Positions 12,301 through 27,300 are shown, counted from the stretch's first letter. The stretch is DNA of 64,000 nt from Tubulanus polymorphus (GCF_964204645.1 NC_134028.1:7936001-8000000); one strand, 5' to 3'. Notes: generated by a model from the sequence alone, not told the origin. A program made the numbers and translations.

Positions 12301-15300
12301 TGCAACATAAATATTCTACACTAAAGGGTCCGAATGGAAAGAACGGACACCTTGAGCCATGACAACAGGACCAAGTGAAGCTAATGAGCCTAACTGGCCT
12401 GAAACAAATAAAATGACGTGAATGTCGACGGTGAATTCCAAAAGGCGGCCCGACAGACTTCCTCCAACGGAGCACCCGAAAAGGCTGCGCAGGAAGTAGC
12501 CATAGACCTCACTTGATGAGAAACGACTCCCTCCGAGGAAAGATTCTCCTTCAATAAAATGTCCTTGATCATTGAAGAGACCCATCGGGCTACTGTGTCC
12601 CGCGAAATATCCCCCTTTAGGTGATCCAGCAGCGGAATAAATAACCGCTCCCGTGAACCCCTCCGTGAAGCAGAGCGATCTAAATAGAAACACAACGCTC
12701 GCACAGGACATAAAGTCCTGTCCGGGATGCCCGGCTCCACTCGATGTTTTAGGGCTTCAATTCGCCATTGACGCCCAACCGAGCCTGGTCGTTGGTTCTT
12801 TGCCAAAAATTCCAAAGCAGGCCGCAGCGAAACAAATTCATTCGCTGGCCCAAAGACAATATGACCTTGTCGGACTGAAAGCGCATGAATCTCAGAGCGA
12901 CGGGCCAAGCAAGCCAAGAACAGCAAAAATACAGTCTTTTTTGACAAATTTGCAAATGACGCTGCCGAAAGAGGTTCAAATGGAGCCTCCATTAACTTCT
13001 TCAAAATTACAGACAGATCCCATGGTGGAACTGTCCTTGTTACCCGAGGCCGGGAAATAGAAAACCCTGCAACCAGCTGGGATATCCGATGATCCCCTGC
13101 TACATTTGGCCATCCAGAAGCACGCAATGTATGAGAAATCGCGGAGCGGTAACCTTTAATAGTTATGACCTGTAAACCTTTTACTACAAATAGGTGCAGT
13201 AAAAAATCTGCCAATTGAGCTACAGAGGGTGAGCATGGATCAATTTCCCCTGCAGCACACCAATCCGCAAAATGACTCCATTTGGCATCGTAAATGGTAC
13301 TTGTTGATGGCCGCTTAGATCCTGCGATAAAGGAGGCAGCCTGTTCTGAAAAGCCTGAAGCTGACAAGGATCGCTGGACAATGGCCAGGCGAGCAGATTT
13401 AACCACTGGCTGTTTGGATGATGCCGAAAGATCCCCTGAGACAGAAGCGATGGGAAATTCGGAAGAATCCTGGGGTTGTCGCACAGTAGGTTGAGAAGTG
13501 GTAGGAACCATTTGTGAGCCGGCCAACATGGTGCTACCAGAACTATGTTGCAATTGACTGATCTCTCTATTTGATCCAGTAAGCGCGGCAGGACTGGTGT
13601 GGGTGGGAACGCATACGCATGCATCCCCGACCAGTCCAGAGAGAAGGCATCGACCCCCCACGCTTCCGCGTCTGGAAACGGGGACACAAACAGAGGACAC
13701 CTCCGATTGAACCGGGTGGCAAACAGATCCAGCAGCGGATTGCCAAAAATGCCCCGAATCGATCGGCTACTTCTTGGTGGAGAACCCATTCTGTCGCAAT
13801 AGCCTGACCTCGACGAGACAGAGCATCGGCCATCACGTTCCTTTTCCCTGCTAAATGTGCCACAGTCAGGGACACGCCCTTTGTCTAGCACCAAAGAAGA
13901 ATTTTGGCCGACAGACCTGTGAGGGTTTCTGAGTGAGTGCCCCCTTGGTTCTGAAGGTAAGCCCTCACTGTTGAATTGTCTGTGGCTAACCAAACGTGGT
14001 GGCCCTCCACTCTCCTGTGAAAGAACTTCAGGGCCTTCCACACGGCCAGCATTTCTAGGAAATTTATGTGGTTGGTGGCCTCGTAGCGAGACCATTTCCT
14101 GGCTTTGACTCGGTTCTCCAGATGTGCCCCCCATCCTTGGTGACTGGCATCCGTGAATACACGAACTGGAGCCTCTAACGGGCTAGTGACACCCCGAGCC
14201 GAAGATTCGTAGTGGCCGCCCACCACTGAAGATCCGGACTTAGATCGGTTGGAGGTACGGGAATCAAGGCCTCCCAGTTGCCCTTCGACTGAGACCAGAA
14301 GACCTTCCAATATTGTTGCAAGCGCCTGCTTCTGAGGCGGCCTAAGGGCACCACCAGACCCATGGAGCTGATGGAGCCTAGAAGCCGTCACCAGTAACGA
14401 GCTGTTCTCGGGGTTGTGGACACTCCCGCTACAGCTTCTTGAAGTTTGGCCACTCGAACCATAGACGGAAAGACTTTGCCGATTCGGAGATCGAAGTCCA
14501 TGCCGAGATAAGTGAACTGTTGGGCCGACGTCAACTGAGATTTTTCCCTGTTTACGCGGAACCCTAGCTGATGGACTAAGTCCAAGACTGAGGTCATTGC
14601 CTCCCGACATTCCTGAGCCGAATTCGCGACTATAAACCAGATGTCGAGGTAAACGAACAGTCGAACACCCCTTGACTGAAATACCTTCTGAACTGACTTG
14701 ACCAACTTGGTGAAAAACCCACGGGGCCGTACTGAGGCCAAATGGAAGAGACCTGAATTGGAACTGGCGGCCTTTCCACTTTATCCTGAGAAATCGCCGA
14801 GATTTTGGGTGAATTGGAACCTGAAAGTAAGCATCTTTCAGGTCCAATGAAGCCGCCCATTAACCCGGACGGAGCCCTTGAATCACGTCCTTGTGCTTGG
14901 TCATCCGGAACCTTGGAATGTCTAGGTGCCGATTGAGGGATGACAGATCTATCACTGTCCGTTGACCCCCTGTGGCCTTTGGTACCATGAATATTCGAGA
15001 AAACCAGCCGGGAGAAGTTTCGTTGCAAACTGGTTCTATCGCTCCCTTCTCTGCCAGTTCCTTGAGAGCCGGAGAGATTAAGGCCTCCTGACCTGGTTTT
15101 GGCCGCATGTCGGGAGGTGACCTCATCAGGCGCGGTCGCCTTAGGAAACGGAGACGGTAGCCACGAGAGACGACCCGGGAGGGCCAACCGTCTCCAAAGA
15201 GGTCGGACCAGTGCGTTGCTGCCTGCTGCAGACAACCTCCCACTGGTCCCAAGAATTCATTTCGAGTTTTTCCGAAAGGAAGAGCCCCTTTTTGGAGCCT

Positions 15301-18300
15301 TCCCCTTGCCTCGATACGAACCGGAACTGTTACGACCGGACGAGGCTTGACACGATTGTTGAAGTTGCGCGCTAGTTCTCCAACCGGCATCCGAAGCCGC
15401 CTGAGAAAGCGCTGAAGTTTGAGATAGTCCTGTTTGCGTCCGTGCCGAACCTTGCGCCGCCGGCGTCGGACCAGAACGCTTTTTCCACGGAGTTCGGGGG
15501 TTGGACTTGGCCTGAACCTCCCGAATCTTCCTCAGCTCTGCGGAAACCGGAGCGCACCAACCGGAGAAGAGACGTAAAGACGTCCCCAATGGGGCTCTCA
15601 GCAAAGCATTGGACACCATATCCGGTAGACGAGTTTTGGCACTGGAGTCCATCACTGACTGACGGGAGGCTAACACCAGATTAGCCTGACCCCGAACCGA
15701 CAACGGAATTACATGCGAAACAGACCGAGCCAAAGATTGGATAATCCGGTCCATTCCCTCCAGTTTTAGGGCAACTGACTCTGGGTCGGAGCCCGCATGA
15801 ACGGCGGCGTGAGTCTCGCGAAGCTCACCCGTCAACACCTTAAGTGCCATATCTTGAAACGAACCAACCCTGGTAAGATTGTCCAGGATTGACGTCATGG
15901 CCACCAAACCGGACTTAGGCAAACGAATACCCGACTGTGCTGTAACAGTATCCGGGCTGATCAAAGTATAATCAGCATCCAGGCAGTTATGACTGTGATC
16001 CACAGCACCTGGAGTTGCGTAATACGCCGAGCGAAATGCGCCTATAGGTGGATCGGTTGAACTAAAATATTTCCCAGATTTCATACCCCGTTCTGGAGGG
16101 GGAAATGAAAATGTTCCAGGCCGACATTCACCCCATAATTGCGTATCCAATCGAGCCCATTCTCTCAAAACCGCTGACGATTCCCGTAAAACGTTAAGAT
16201 CGGAGTCCGGAGGGCGATAAGCTTCCATTGACTCACCGACCAGAGGAGCTGCTGTGGGCTTAGCGCGAGTTGCCCCGTGCTTGACAAAGAACTCACTTAT
16301 CATCGCTCTAAATGGCATGTCCCCCGCTGGTTCGGATAAAACTGAACGGGACGGAGATACATTGCGAGCCTGGGAAGCCCCCATCGTCTGGGGCAACCCA
16401 CAATTGCTTGCGACAGGAACGACCCCAGAAGGCATTGCCGCTTCTGGAACCGGATCCTCATTGAAATCAGACCCTACCGCAGCATCCAGGAATTCAGAGT
16501 CAGAATTCCGAAAAACTGAGTGGGCTGGCGAACTTCTAACCGGACAATCAGGAATAGGCTTACCTGTTGTAGAAGTTGCAGCGACTTGTTGCGACGAAGA
16601 TAACAAGTTTAAAATTTTCTCCTCAAATACATGGAAATCCTTCTGAGTCAGGTATTTTCCAGTATCCCGACGATCATGCCGACTTCGGTGACGGTCCCTC
16701 GAACGGGATCGCGACCTACTAGAAGAATCGCTTTCATCGCTAACCCACGTCGATGAACGATGAGAAGACCGACGGCGAAACTTCCGACAATAACGATCGT
16801 AGTCCCTCTCGCGATCAAACCTTGATCTGCGAGAAGGAGATCTTGCTCGTTTATTACGCTCACGGCGTCTAAATCTAGTGGGAGAGCGAGCTCTATCCCC
16901 GGAGCGACGATCAGAATCAGACGATGAACGTACCGGATGTTTTGAACCGGACGACGTCTGGACCGGTGGCCGAACCGGACCGAACCGGACCGATGCCCGA
17001 CCCGGACCGGTACCGACCGAACCGGTGCGGGCCGTTCGCGACTACCGCGGCACGCGCTCGGTTCCGAACATGTAGTCTGAACCGGCCGAACCGGTGAACG
17101 ACCAGAGACCGGTGAATGACCGGAGACCGGTGCCGGTGAACCAGCGTTTCTCCCCGGTGAACGGAGTTGGGAAGCCGATCGTACCTGAACGACCGGCGAC
17201 CGCTCCGCTTTACGATAAGAAACAGGATTAGAAACGTCGGTTGGCACATCGGCCGAAACCGACGAATCCCTGCTAACTCGACGACGATCTCTTAGTTTAA
17301 GAGCCTTATCGGCCCGAAGCCAAAGGTCCTCGGACCACACGACGCAAATATTGCAAGGATTGCTCCTTGCACATATTTGACCGGATTTGCGCCTGCACGA
17401 CGCACATGAATCGTGGTTGTCCCAGGCGCCAAACAAATGCCCGGATCCCTCCCCGCCACGATGCTGACCCTTAGGAGGGGGTGGCATAATTATCCTGTTA
17501 CAAATCAAAACAATTCAATTCAATCAAATTATATTTGTAAATTAAAATTCTTACGGAAAAAAAGAAACCAGGGATAACCCCCAAACCGAACGGACTCACC
17601 GTTATGAGAGTGAAAACTCCCTATTATCCTAATTCCCAGATTTTTACGGCGAAAAAATCCAACGCGTTCTACTGCGAGAACGCCAAGAAAAAAGATGGCG
17701 GATTTCGCCGGTGGCTAAATGCAATACCGCAGGGCCGGGTCGTATAGAAAAACCATTGGCGATAAATCCAAATTTAGAAAATATTGGCAAAAACCATAGG
17801 AAAGGGTACAGTACTCGACGGAAATATGCTCCCCAACCAAAATTGGATAGATGAAATGTTGGTTCAGATACATTTTGTGTGTCGATGATCACAGTTGGAT
17901 CTATCAATGTATGAGCTGTGTAAACCGGGTGTAGAATGATATACAACGAGACGAGTGGTATTATATAGGTCAACTACCGGTATTTCATTTGACGCAAAAG
18001 CTTTCGCTACTAGTGTATAGTAGCTTCATCAGGTGAATAAGGTCCAAGTTCTACTTACTGTTTGAAGATACTCTGAGTATCGTTGCGTTCGTTACCAAAA
18101 CGTGTGAATATATCAATCCATAAACTGCTATTCATCCAGGGATGTGTAACGACTTTCGGCGGCAATTTCGTCCATTTCGTAATCTGAACGTTCGCACGCA
18201 TCAGAACTTGCGCTAATTGAATCCACTGCATAGGAGTGGTAGATACCAACTGAAGCAAAGGAGAGTAGACATATACAACTAATGGTGAATCAGGAGAAAA

Positions 18301-21300
18301 GTAATATTACTACGGAAATGTTTAATATGCTAGCTGGTTGGAAGATTGTTTGGATGATCCAGATACGAATTTCCCAGTAATGCAGTTCGGTTTAAATAAA
18401 AAATTCTGTAAATTCAATAGCTGATCACATGACTATATCTGTATTTTAATTTCCAATTTCAAAATCAAACCCCCGTTTCGCTCCTGAAAGGTGATAAGGG
18501 ACACCAAATGAAAACAAATCTTCCAATCCCTACTTAAAGATTTTGAAAAAATATTTTCTATTCAAGAAATAAGTTACCTCAGCCTGAATTTTTCCGACCT
18601 CAAATTCATTCATCAGCTCAGCTTGTAATTTCATGAAGTCAACAGAACAGAATTCAGTCTTTAACTCGGTCAAGTTTACGCCCTTTGGAGCCACAATATA
18701 ATTGTTGATGTCCAAAAATGGATGACACACTGTGATCAAAGCCTCAGTGGCATTAGTCATATTGCGCAACTTCTCAAACTGAAAGCAAACACAGTATTCT
18801 AAATCACATCTTACTTAAAGGCGATCTACGAATCTGAGAAACCATCACCAGCAAGGCGGCCAATTTTATTTGACTTGCTTTTTCCCTGACTATTCCCTGA
18901 CACACATGTTGTTTTCCCTGACTTGATCTGCTAAGAATCAAATCAATTAACACAGTCAAATACAAAAGACAGAGAAGGAAACTGTTTGATTTTATGCATG
19001 ATCTAGCCGTACCAACAAATTTCCCTGACTTGTAGCTTTTCTTACAGAATTCCCTGACTTTTTAAAGAAAAGGTATTTCCAGGTAAGTGGCAACCCATTA
19101 ACTGACCAAGGGAAGCGAAACACCACTAAGTACCTACCCGTTTAGTATCGGCTGAAAGAAGCAAAGTTTCAAAAACAACTGGAAATCGATTCTGCAGAAA
19201 GCGAATCATCGACTGAGTTTGCGGTGACTTTGCAAAAAATTCGGTCACAGAGATATCGGTTTCTGAAAGCAAGAAAAGAAACCAATTTACCAAAACTCCT
19301 TAAATTGGGCGGCAGAAAGAGTAAATAAATTCCTAATACAGTACTCAGGACCAATAACTCTCAATTCAACGGATTCAAAAATTCAATTTCAATTCAAACT
19401 TCTAATCAAAATAGTGGTTATTTCATACTTACGGTTGACAGATTCAAGCTTTGTAACCAGCATGTCGAGTATGACAGTAATTGCCTTGAATATTCCACTT
19501 GTGGGTGGCTTTATTCCTTGGTTTAACAACGGTGTTATAGCAGAAATTGTTGCCATAATCCTTGAAACAAAAGTAAGTTTGTGAACCTGTTGTCATCTTA
19601 ATTAGACTACGAAAGCATCAGTCGTTTGATAACTTACTTCTGAACCTGTGCCTGCGGATTGGAACCTAAAATCGTGACTTTCTGCATGAAATTGTCGATA
19701 ACCATTTTCCATTTAGCCGGATCTGAGTACGGAAATACTTTCGTGGCATTATCCGAGAAATAGGCCAACTTTTCGGAAACCTTCATTAAATTGGTCACAG
19801 TCGAGGCTATTGTTGTAAGACTTGTCGTACCCGGATTTGCAGCTGGATTCTCCAACTAAAATGACCAATAGATGAACAATATGAAAATTACAGACATCAG
19901 CTTTTGATCAAAAATATTGCTACCTATGTCCTATGTGCAGGTACAGTGCATACAATGTCAATGAAATATGTCTGATGGCCAATCACAGATATTGTATTTG
20001 GAGCAGTTTCACTACAAACAGCAGAAAGTTGACAGTTAACATTACTTATATGTAGCTTACCAAAGTCATAGTTTGAATAATTTCAGGCGCTGCGAATTGT
20101 TCTCCGAGCAACGTGATGTTAAGCGAACAAAGGATTTTCTTCAGTTGTGCTCCATTGATTTTACCGGCAGCCGGAACGGGGAAATACTGTTTCCAGTCAA
20201 TGTTAGAGGCACAAACGGCTGATTTCACATCTGGATTACCGCTTAAAACGTTGAACAGTATCGGAACACTCTGGAAAAAATATCTTCAGATATAAACAAT
20301 ATTTCAATGGGGTCTACAGAGGCAATTGAAGATCTACCAGGTTTGTAGTACTAGTTAATGGGGTCATCCATGCTTCAATTTCATCTACACATCAATAAAA
20401 ATAAACCTTTGATAAAAGTTTCTCTTTAAGTTATCAACGGAAACTACCAATCACCTAGATGAAAATACAATCCATCAATCAAATCTTTTGGTGGCTTGTA
20501 TGACCTATACTTGGATTCAGGAGCCAAAAAATCCTCTTCAAAGTTGATTGGAATTGACTATTTTGACTCACTATTAGTCACCCATGATGTGCTTATTGAA
20601 AACTCACTTGATTGAAAATTGATTGCTCATCTTTCAGTACATAAATCCAACTATTATCATCTGGAAAATGTTCATGAATTCAGGTCCCAAAAATACATAA
20701 TACCTGCACCAAAATACATTGAAATTGTCATTTACCTTTTCTGGATTGATAACAGCATTCAGCAATAATCCAAAAATGTCTGGGGCATTGTACAGCGCCG
20801 ATTGTAATTTCAGTACCTCGCTGTTTGATGCTCCAGCGAGTATTTTCAGACCAGCCGATGGATCTATGTAATTAGAGAACAAATTTCTAATGAAAAATCA
20901 ATTTAAAAAAACAATTCTGGGGTCAGTTTAACATAACAGATTAAAAACTTACCAGTTAGATAAACCACATATTTCTCAAATAGAGACATCATATTCTTCA
21001 GCACAGCCATAACTTTATTATACATTGCCAGGGCGGGCGCCGACTCATTCACAGCGTTTATTATAAGCGGGTTCAGATCGTTTAACAGTTTCAGAACGCT
21101 AGAAATAAATCAATAATTCGCGCATAAAGACATAAGCACAAATAAAGATTTCCAAATGAAGAAATGGCATATATCGTAAATCTTACCCAGCAGTTTCATT
21201 CAAGGCACCAAATTTGTTAATGGCATACTTCGTCACTGAGTCTAAAACCCGCTGCCAATTGGTCACATCAATGAGAGGCATGGATGTCAAGTTAAAGTGA

Positions 21301-24300
21301 AAATAAGACTCCATCAGCATTGATGAATTTTTGGGGAATGCCTGGTAAAGTTTCCAAGCCATCTGAACAACCGCAGTAGTGTTGAATGGCGGCATTGGTT
21401 GACCAGAAACCTGAAATAGAAAACTGTTCATGTGATGCTTATGCTAAGGATCTTTCAAATGAAAACATAGAAGTCCTTACTACGAATTTAACGAACCATG
21501 TTTTGTTTTCTGGTAAAGAAAACTAATCAATATTGCATTTTCTTTGCACTTAAATTTCTTCTATATAATGTATACTGGTATTTATGCATTTATTTGTGCA
21601 GCTGCATATATTAAAAGGTAGATTGTTCCATAAAATTGGATAAAATGGTACACGAGACAGAATAACTTTATTTGGAGATCTATAACATCGACTAGGTCTA
21701 CAAAGAGACAGCATTTCTTTAAGGAACAGAGGGGAATGACCTTTTAATACTTTAAACACCAATAAAACTGTTTTAAACTCTTATGCGTTTCTGGATAGGT
21801 ATTAAATTTGGAATACGAATATGTTTATCTTCCAACTTACGAGACTCTCCAATGAACCCATATGCTGTAGATTCATTTCATTCAAATCCTGCAGTAAAAG
21901 GCTAACATTCATTGTGCATAATGTTTGCTGTAACTGTGTCATGTCGACATTCGACATCGTTGGAATTACGAACACAGTGTTCAGATCTGCAGTTAGACAC
22001 AATTCCTTCCAATTTGTAGATAGCATCCTCAATAGTTTCTCAGCCTATAAAAACAGATACCATATATTTAGACCTAGATGATTATACACAAAGATATTCA
22101 GGAAAAGAGGAAAGGGACATCACAATCAATCCACAGGATTATAGATTCAATCTATCGAGTTTCTTACTTGAACTATCCCCAAATAGGGAAAACAAACCTG
22201 CTAATAATGAGTGGATCTCAGTAGATTCGGCAATTAAAAATGCTATATGTTTTTGCTATTCAACCTCGACAATTTTTAGGATGAACAACAATTACCTTCA
22301 CTGGATCCAGCATAGTCTGCATTAATACTTCACTGTACTGAGGTAACTTCATCAGTATGTCCCACAATGCTCGCAACCTGGGTATGCCTTTGATTATATT
22401 CACAAGTCTCATATTTCCTCCTGAAATTCGTAAAAAAATCATTCTTCAGATGTCTAAGTATTTTTAATCCAACAGTTTTACTTATTTGTGTTCAATATTT
22501 CAAATTTTATAATCTAAAGCTACTGCGGGACTGATTTTTACATCATTAGGCCCACCAGTAAACAAAGCAGCAATTGCATCCTATCAAAATTTAATTCAAT
22601 TAAATCTGCAATTTTTTTTTTAAATTGGATGCATCATTTTTGTAGTACCTGGTTTGGTGTATTCGAGCATTAGTTTCACCAGTGCTTGAATCGATTTAAT
22701 CCCTTCAGTTCCATTCATATAGTTGATAATAGGGTCAATAGACGGCGCGAGTGATTTTCGGATCAAATTCATCACTCTGAAATAAACCAGATTTGTGTTG
22801 GTTATATTTCGAAATCTTCCATGAATCTGAATTGCCATTGCATTTTGGATATGTTGTATCTTGGCCCAATTGCTAAACTTTGGCGAGACAACTTTTTGAA
22901 TTTCGACACCATTCCTCAGTTATGAGGAGGTCATACTCAAGGTCATGTCGCTAAAAAACAGTTTGTAGTGCCTTGTTCTGCCAATAGGTGGCACACAGGG
23001 CCTATTCTTTGCACTCCCCATCCTAACATTGTACCAAAGTTTCATCAAGATCGACCCACTACTAATGAAGCTAAGTAGCTGACAGACCCACAGACAGACA
23101 GACAGACAGTATGGGAATAAGGTTCTCATGGAAGCCCGAGAACCAATATTAATTTGCAGATGGACACATTTAATCAAACCAAATAAGCACTGGGTCTATG
23201 TCATAAGACGGCTAATGGCCAGTTGAAATTGTCTACAAATGAATTTACTGTCTATTCATCTACATCTACATCTACATGTACAATGTATATTATGAATTAT
23301 CTTCGAACTTACCGGTCATAGACTGGTGTATTTGGAGAACCCATGAATTGCAACACCATGTCATTATAAAGATTCACCCATTTAGTCGCATCTAGCCATG
23401 GATTCAGGTTTGGCGGCCAGTTTGTGCCTGTTTTCATCAGTTTCGAAATTGCCTCGCTCAACAATTGCACGTTGTACATCAGCTCTGTTACATTTGCTGT
23501 AGTGTTTGCCTGAGAAAAATGAATTGTACGAAATCTACAATGTTTTTGGTCGGATACCATGGATAAAGTTGGAAAATATTACCAAATTTAAGTAGCTTGA
23601 GGAGGGAAATTGAAGCCTCCCGGTAAAATCAATTTGTTCCATTGCTAAAGGCCTCTCAGTGAATTTTACTTGACTTGAATTAATATACACCAAGAAGCAG
23701 ATGTCATTATGTTGAATTAGTTCCTGCTACAATTTTTGTACATCCACAGTAAAAAAGAACTGACTCATAGACAAATAAACTGAAATATAACTTTTCTACC
23801 TTAAATGCTTGCATAACTTTATCTTGCGAATAAAACTGTTGTAATTCATGCGTCAATTCAGTCACATTCATACTGCACAGTACTGCCTGGACCTGGCTCA
23901 TAAACAACACTGTACCAATATCCTGTGAAATCTCGAGGTACATCCTCGGATTCATACATAACTCTTTAATCGGATCGGTTTTCCCTACCAATACTGAGAT
24001 CTGAAAGTTAAGAAGAAAGTAATATAGCCCTTTTTTCAAGAGAAAAGAATTTCCTAGCATCAAAATACATGCATATTGAGTGCAATTTGCTCATCAGAAA
24101 ACAGTTCCCATGCTTTATAATAAATGAACTACATCTCAATTCACTTAGCTCGGACGAGAGGAAATCTCCAATTGAAATTGTAAATTCGGTTCCAGTGTTA
24201 CATCGTGCATGTACAAACACTCAAGAAATGATAGTGCCATATACGTCATTGTAATAGTAGAGCTTACCATAGAATTTTTATACATCAGCGTATGAAGCGC

Positions 24301-27300
24301 AACTTTAGCCATAGTCTGAAGACGGTTCATTAAACGCATAATCCTACTGGTTTGGGGGAAATCAGCGAAAAACGCGGTCAAAGACAAGTTTCCTTCGAAT
24401 ATAGAAAATCGCAACATACCCTTAAGTTGTAATGAAGCAAAATCTTTAATACGTGAATATGCATATTAGCAGGTGTCATCGATTTTACCTGCTAAAGAGT
24501 CGATTCTCTGTACAGCTGTAGGTATAGCTGCATTCATCGCATTCAAAATCGGTTGCACTTCTTTTGCGTCCGACAAAGCTTGGATCAAAGCTGGGTTATT
24601 CAGCGAGTTCATAATGTTCTTTTGTCTAAGATAGTCAATGAGTAAAAATTTATATAGCGGTATATACATTAACTTCTTGGCTAACAAGGAAAATAACGTC
24701 ATAACACGGTTTCCTCGTTAAGATTTTTGACCTCAATCATTGTCAACTCGCTATTTCAAAATTTCTGGGTGGTGATCCAGGGGGACATTTCATTCGATTT
24801 CACCCTTAGAAAAGTTGTATCAAAGAGGCAATGTGAAAAAATCCCATTAAGGAGGCACTGATAAACTTTATCCAAATACATTTTGACGCCTATGGCATCT
24901 TTTTAAAGTCATACGACAAGACTTTGGATCTGCCACTTATTTCTATGAATTGTTTTGATGAATAGTTTCAAACGATTGCTTACGCGTTGGATGAATATTT
25001 TTCAAGTTCACCCCACATCACGGCAGCTAATGTTTGCATTTGGCGTGGTTCCATCCAGATCGGCATCTTCCATAATGTACCAGCTGCTAACCGCTGATTG
25101 ATAGCTGTTAACAGATTGGTGTATTCAAACACGGTAGCTATCAATTCAGTAACATTTGCCTGATTTGTACTTGTAGCATTGTTATTCAACAATGGCGATA
25201 GCTGGAACATTAAAGTAACTGTGTTGTGAAAAATACGCTATTTCGCCATGAATTTATCAACTAAACCAGTAATCAGTAACTTACCAATGAATTATAGTCA
25301 AAATCGTCGGTTATTTTTGTGAAATTGAGCTGACAGATGATTTTCAAAGCCGGCTTTATGTCGACGTTCATCGGTATCGAGAGAACAGAACTCGGATCAG
25401 GTCCGCACAGCTTCTGTAGGATTGTTTTATCCAAAATGCTTTTCGTTATCTGAAAAGAACGTTCTTACACATTTCACAATAAACGTTATTAGATCTCTGA
25501 CCTGAGAACTTTAGGGCTGTCCATATAGCATGTACAAGCTTAGGTGGAGGGTTAAGCAAATTTACAAAGGAAAGGACAGACAGTGGTAGTGGTACAGAAA
25601 ATGAACTTTTGTCTGGTGGGAGAGGGGTGTCAATATTATATGTAACAGGATAAAATGGAGTGAAATATTCTCTATATTTGATATTTGCATTATGTAACCG
25701 GTATAAACCATGTTTAGACATCCAGAAGTTAAGCAGCTCCCTTTTTTGAGAAGAATTCAAAGGTTTTCAATTAATCCCATGTTCTACAGTTTTTCATTGT
25801 TAATACAATACATTGATCTAACCTATAGACATTCTATACCCCAGGATAATTTCCAACCCTGCCGAATCAATGAAACATTCAAAAAGTTGAGTTACAAGGT
25901 ATTATTTTGAAATGAACACATACCTCTGACGATTTGTATAAAGACGTTCGCAGTACAGTGTGCATAATAACCGGCATGTATTTAATCAGTCCAGCTACTT
26001 TCATCAGTTCAAGTGAATCAGGACTCGGTGAATCTAAAGCTACACGAATAAAATCGAAACCATTCGATGAGTTCGATAAACTTGGATTTCAAATTTCAGA
26101 TTTTTACTCTCAACACTTACTCAGAAGTGATTTTAAGTAGGCGTTAATTCGTTTGAACAAAACTGTTTCCAAATTTACGAATGCGCCGAGGTCGTAGGCT
26201 TTCACCACCCGATCAAAGTACGATGCGTACATCAGCATAATGTGCCTGATGAAGACATCTGTGGCATTCGGACTGAAATATCAAAGTCAGAATGATATCA
26301 GAATATTTTGTACCTGTTACGTGGTTTAAATTCCAAAACTCTCAAAGTGACTCAAGCGCTTCAGATATCTCATTGAAACTCATGATCAAACAGAATTTCA
26401 TGAAAATACTCATTTCTACCTTTGCATTGCCCTCTCATGCATCTGAATCAAGACGATGTCCCAAGATTTCGGGTCGAGCCACATAGGAAGAGAGGATTGC
26501 GGAGGTGACATGGTAATATTCTGAATTATCTGTTGCATACTGATTATATTCTTCATTAGTTTAAATACGTCAACCGGATTTTCACTCTACAATACGAATA
26601 CACAAAAAAGTTACATTACAATAATCTTTGGATAAGATCAACTGTAACTGGAATCTGGATAAGATACGGAATCGACTGTAGAATATTTTAAAAAGAATCA
26701 TGGATAAAACTTCAGTGTCTGTGACAATACCAAGAAACATACTGAGAAATACATTCACCTTACATTTCTGCAGATTGTCCTCAGAGTTGGAATTGGGGCC
26801 ATTACATAGTTTTATTCAAAATTGGCCAATTAGTTATGAGCATGATGCAAAATTTGTCAACACTGCCATTCATTAAGGAACTGCGTCATTCCAATTGTCA
26901 AAATGAAAATATGTAGGAGTGAGCAAGAAGGATCAGCTATGAATTAAATGATAACTTGAAGTGTTGATGGACAGCACCAGACGCACAAGATACCTCATAT
27001 CTCGCAGCAAACACGTTCACGCCTTAACCCATCATTGAATTCAGTACTTACGGTAGGATCGAATTGCAACTTTTGTAGTGAAGGGATTGAAATTTCTACA
27101 TACATTTTCCAACATGCAAAATATTTTCCATTCCGAACAGTTTCATAAGTAATAGATATGAGCAGATATGACTTACTGGCATCAGTTTATATGGATTCAA
27201 GCCAACAGTAGAAGCGAGTTCCATGTACAGTTCGGTAACGTTCAGCGAACACAGCTTCTGCATAAATACGTAGAAATCGGACCTGGCTCTCATTGGCACA

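Larger units (their letters stand above)
11740..17827 (-). mobile_element. Full-length DIRS1-like tyrosine-recombinase retrotransposon (defective pol) in an ABCA intron
   Basis: Gag, RT/RNase H/methyltransferase and YR ORFs on the minus strand; 120-bp identical inverted repeats (11783-11902 / 17689-17808); an ICR at 11961-12057 complementary to both termini; no target-site duplication. Confidence 0.96.

Noticed and set aside
12390-13770. Prophage, integrative element or bacterial contamination (integrase plus Dam methylase)
   Set aside because: Both domains are normal parts of DIRS1 retrotransposons and lie between ITRs inside a spliceosomal intron.
16950-17205. CRISPR-like array
   Set aside because: Units are short, irregular and coding, with no constant repeat-spacer period; the context is eukaryotic with no cas genes.
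17644-17973. 109-aa ORF spanning the DIRS 5' end
   Set aside because: It runs through host intron and ITR sequence; a chance open frame.
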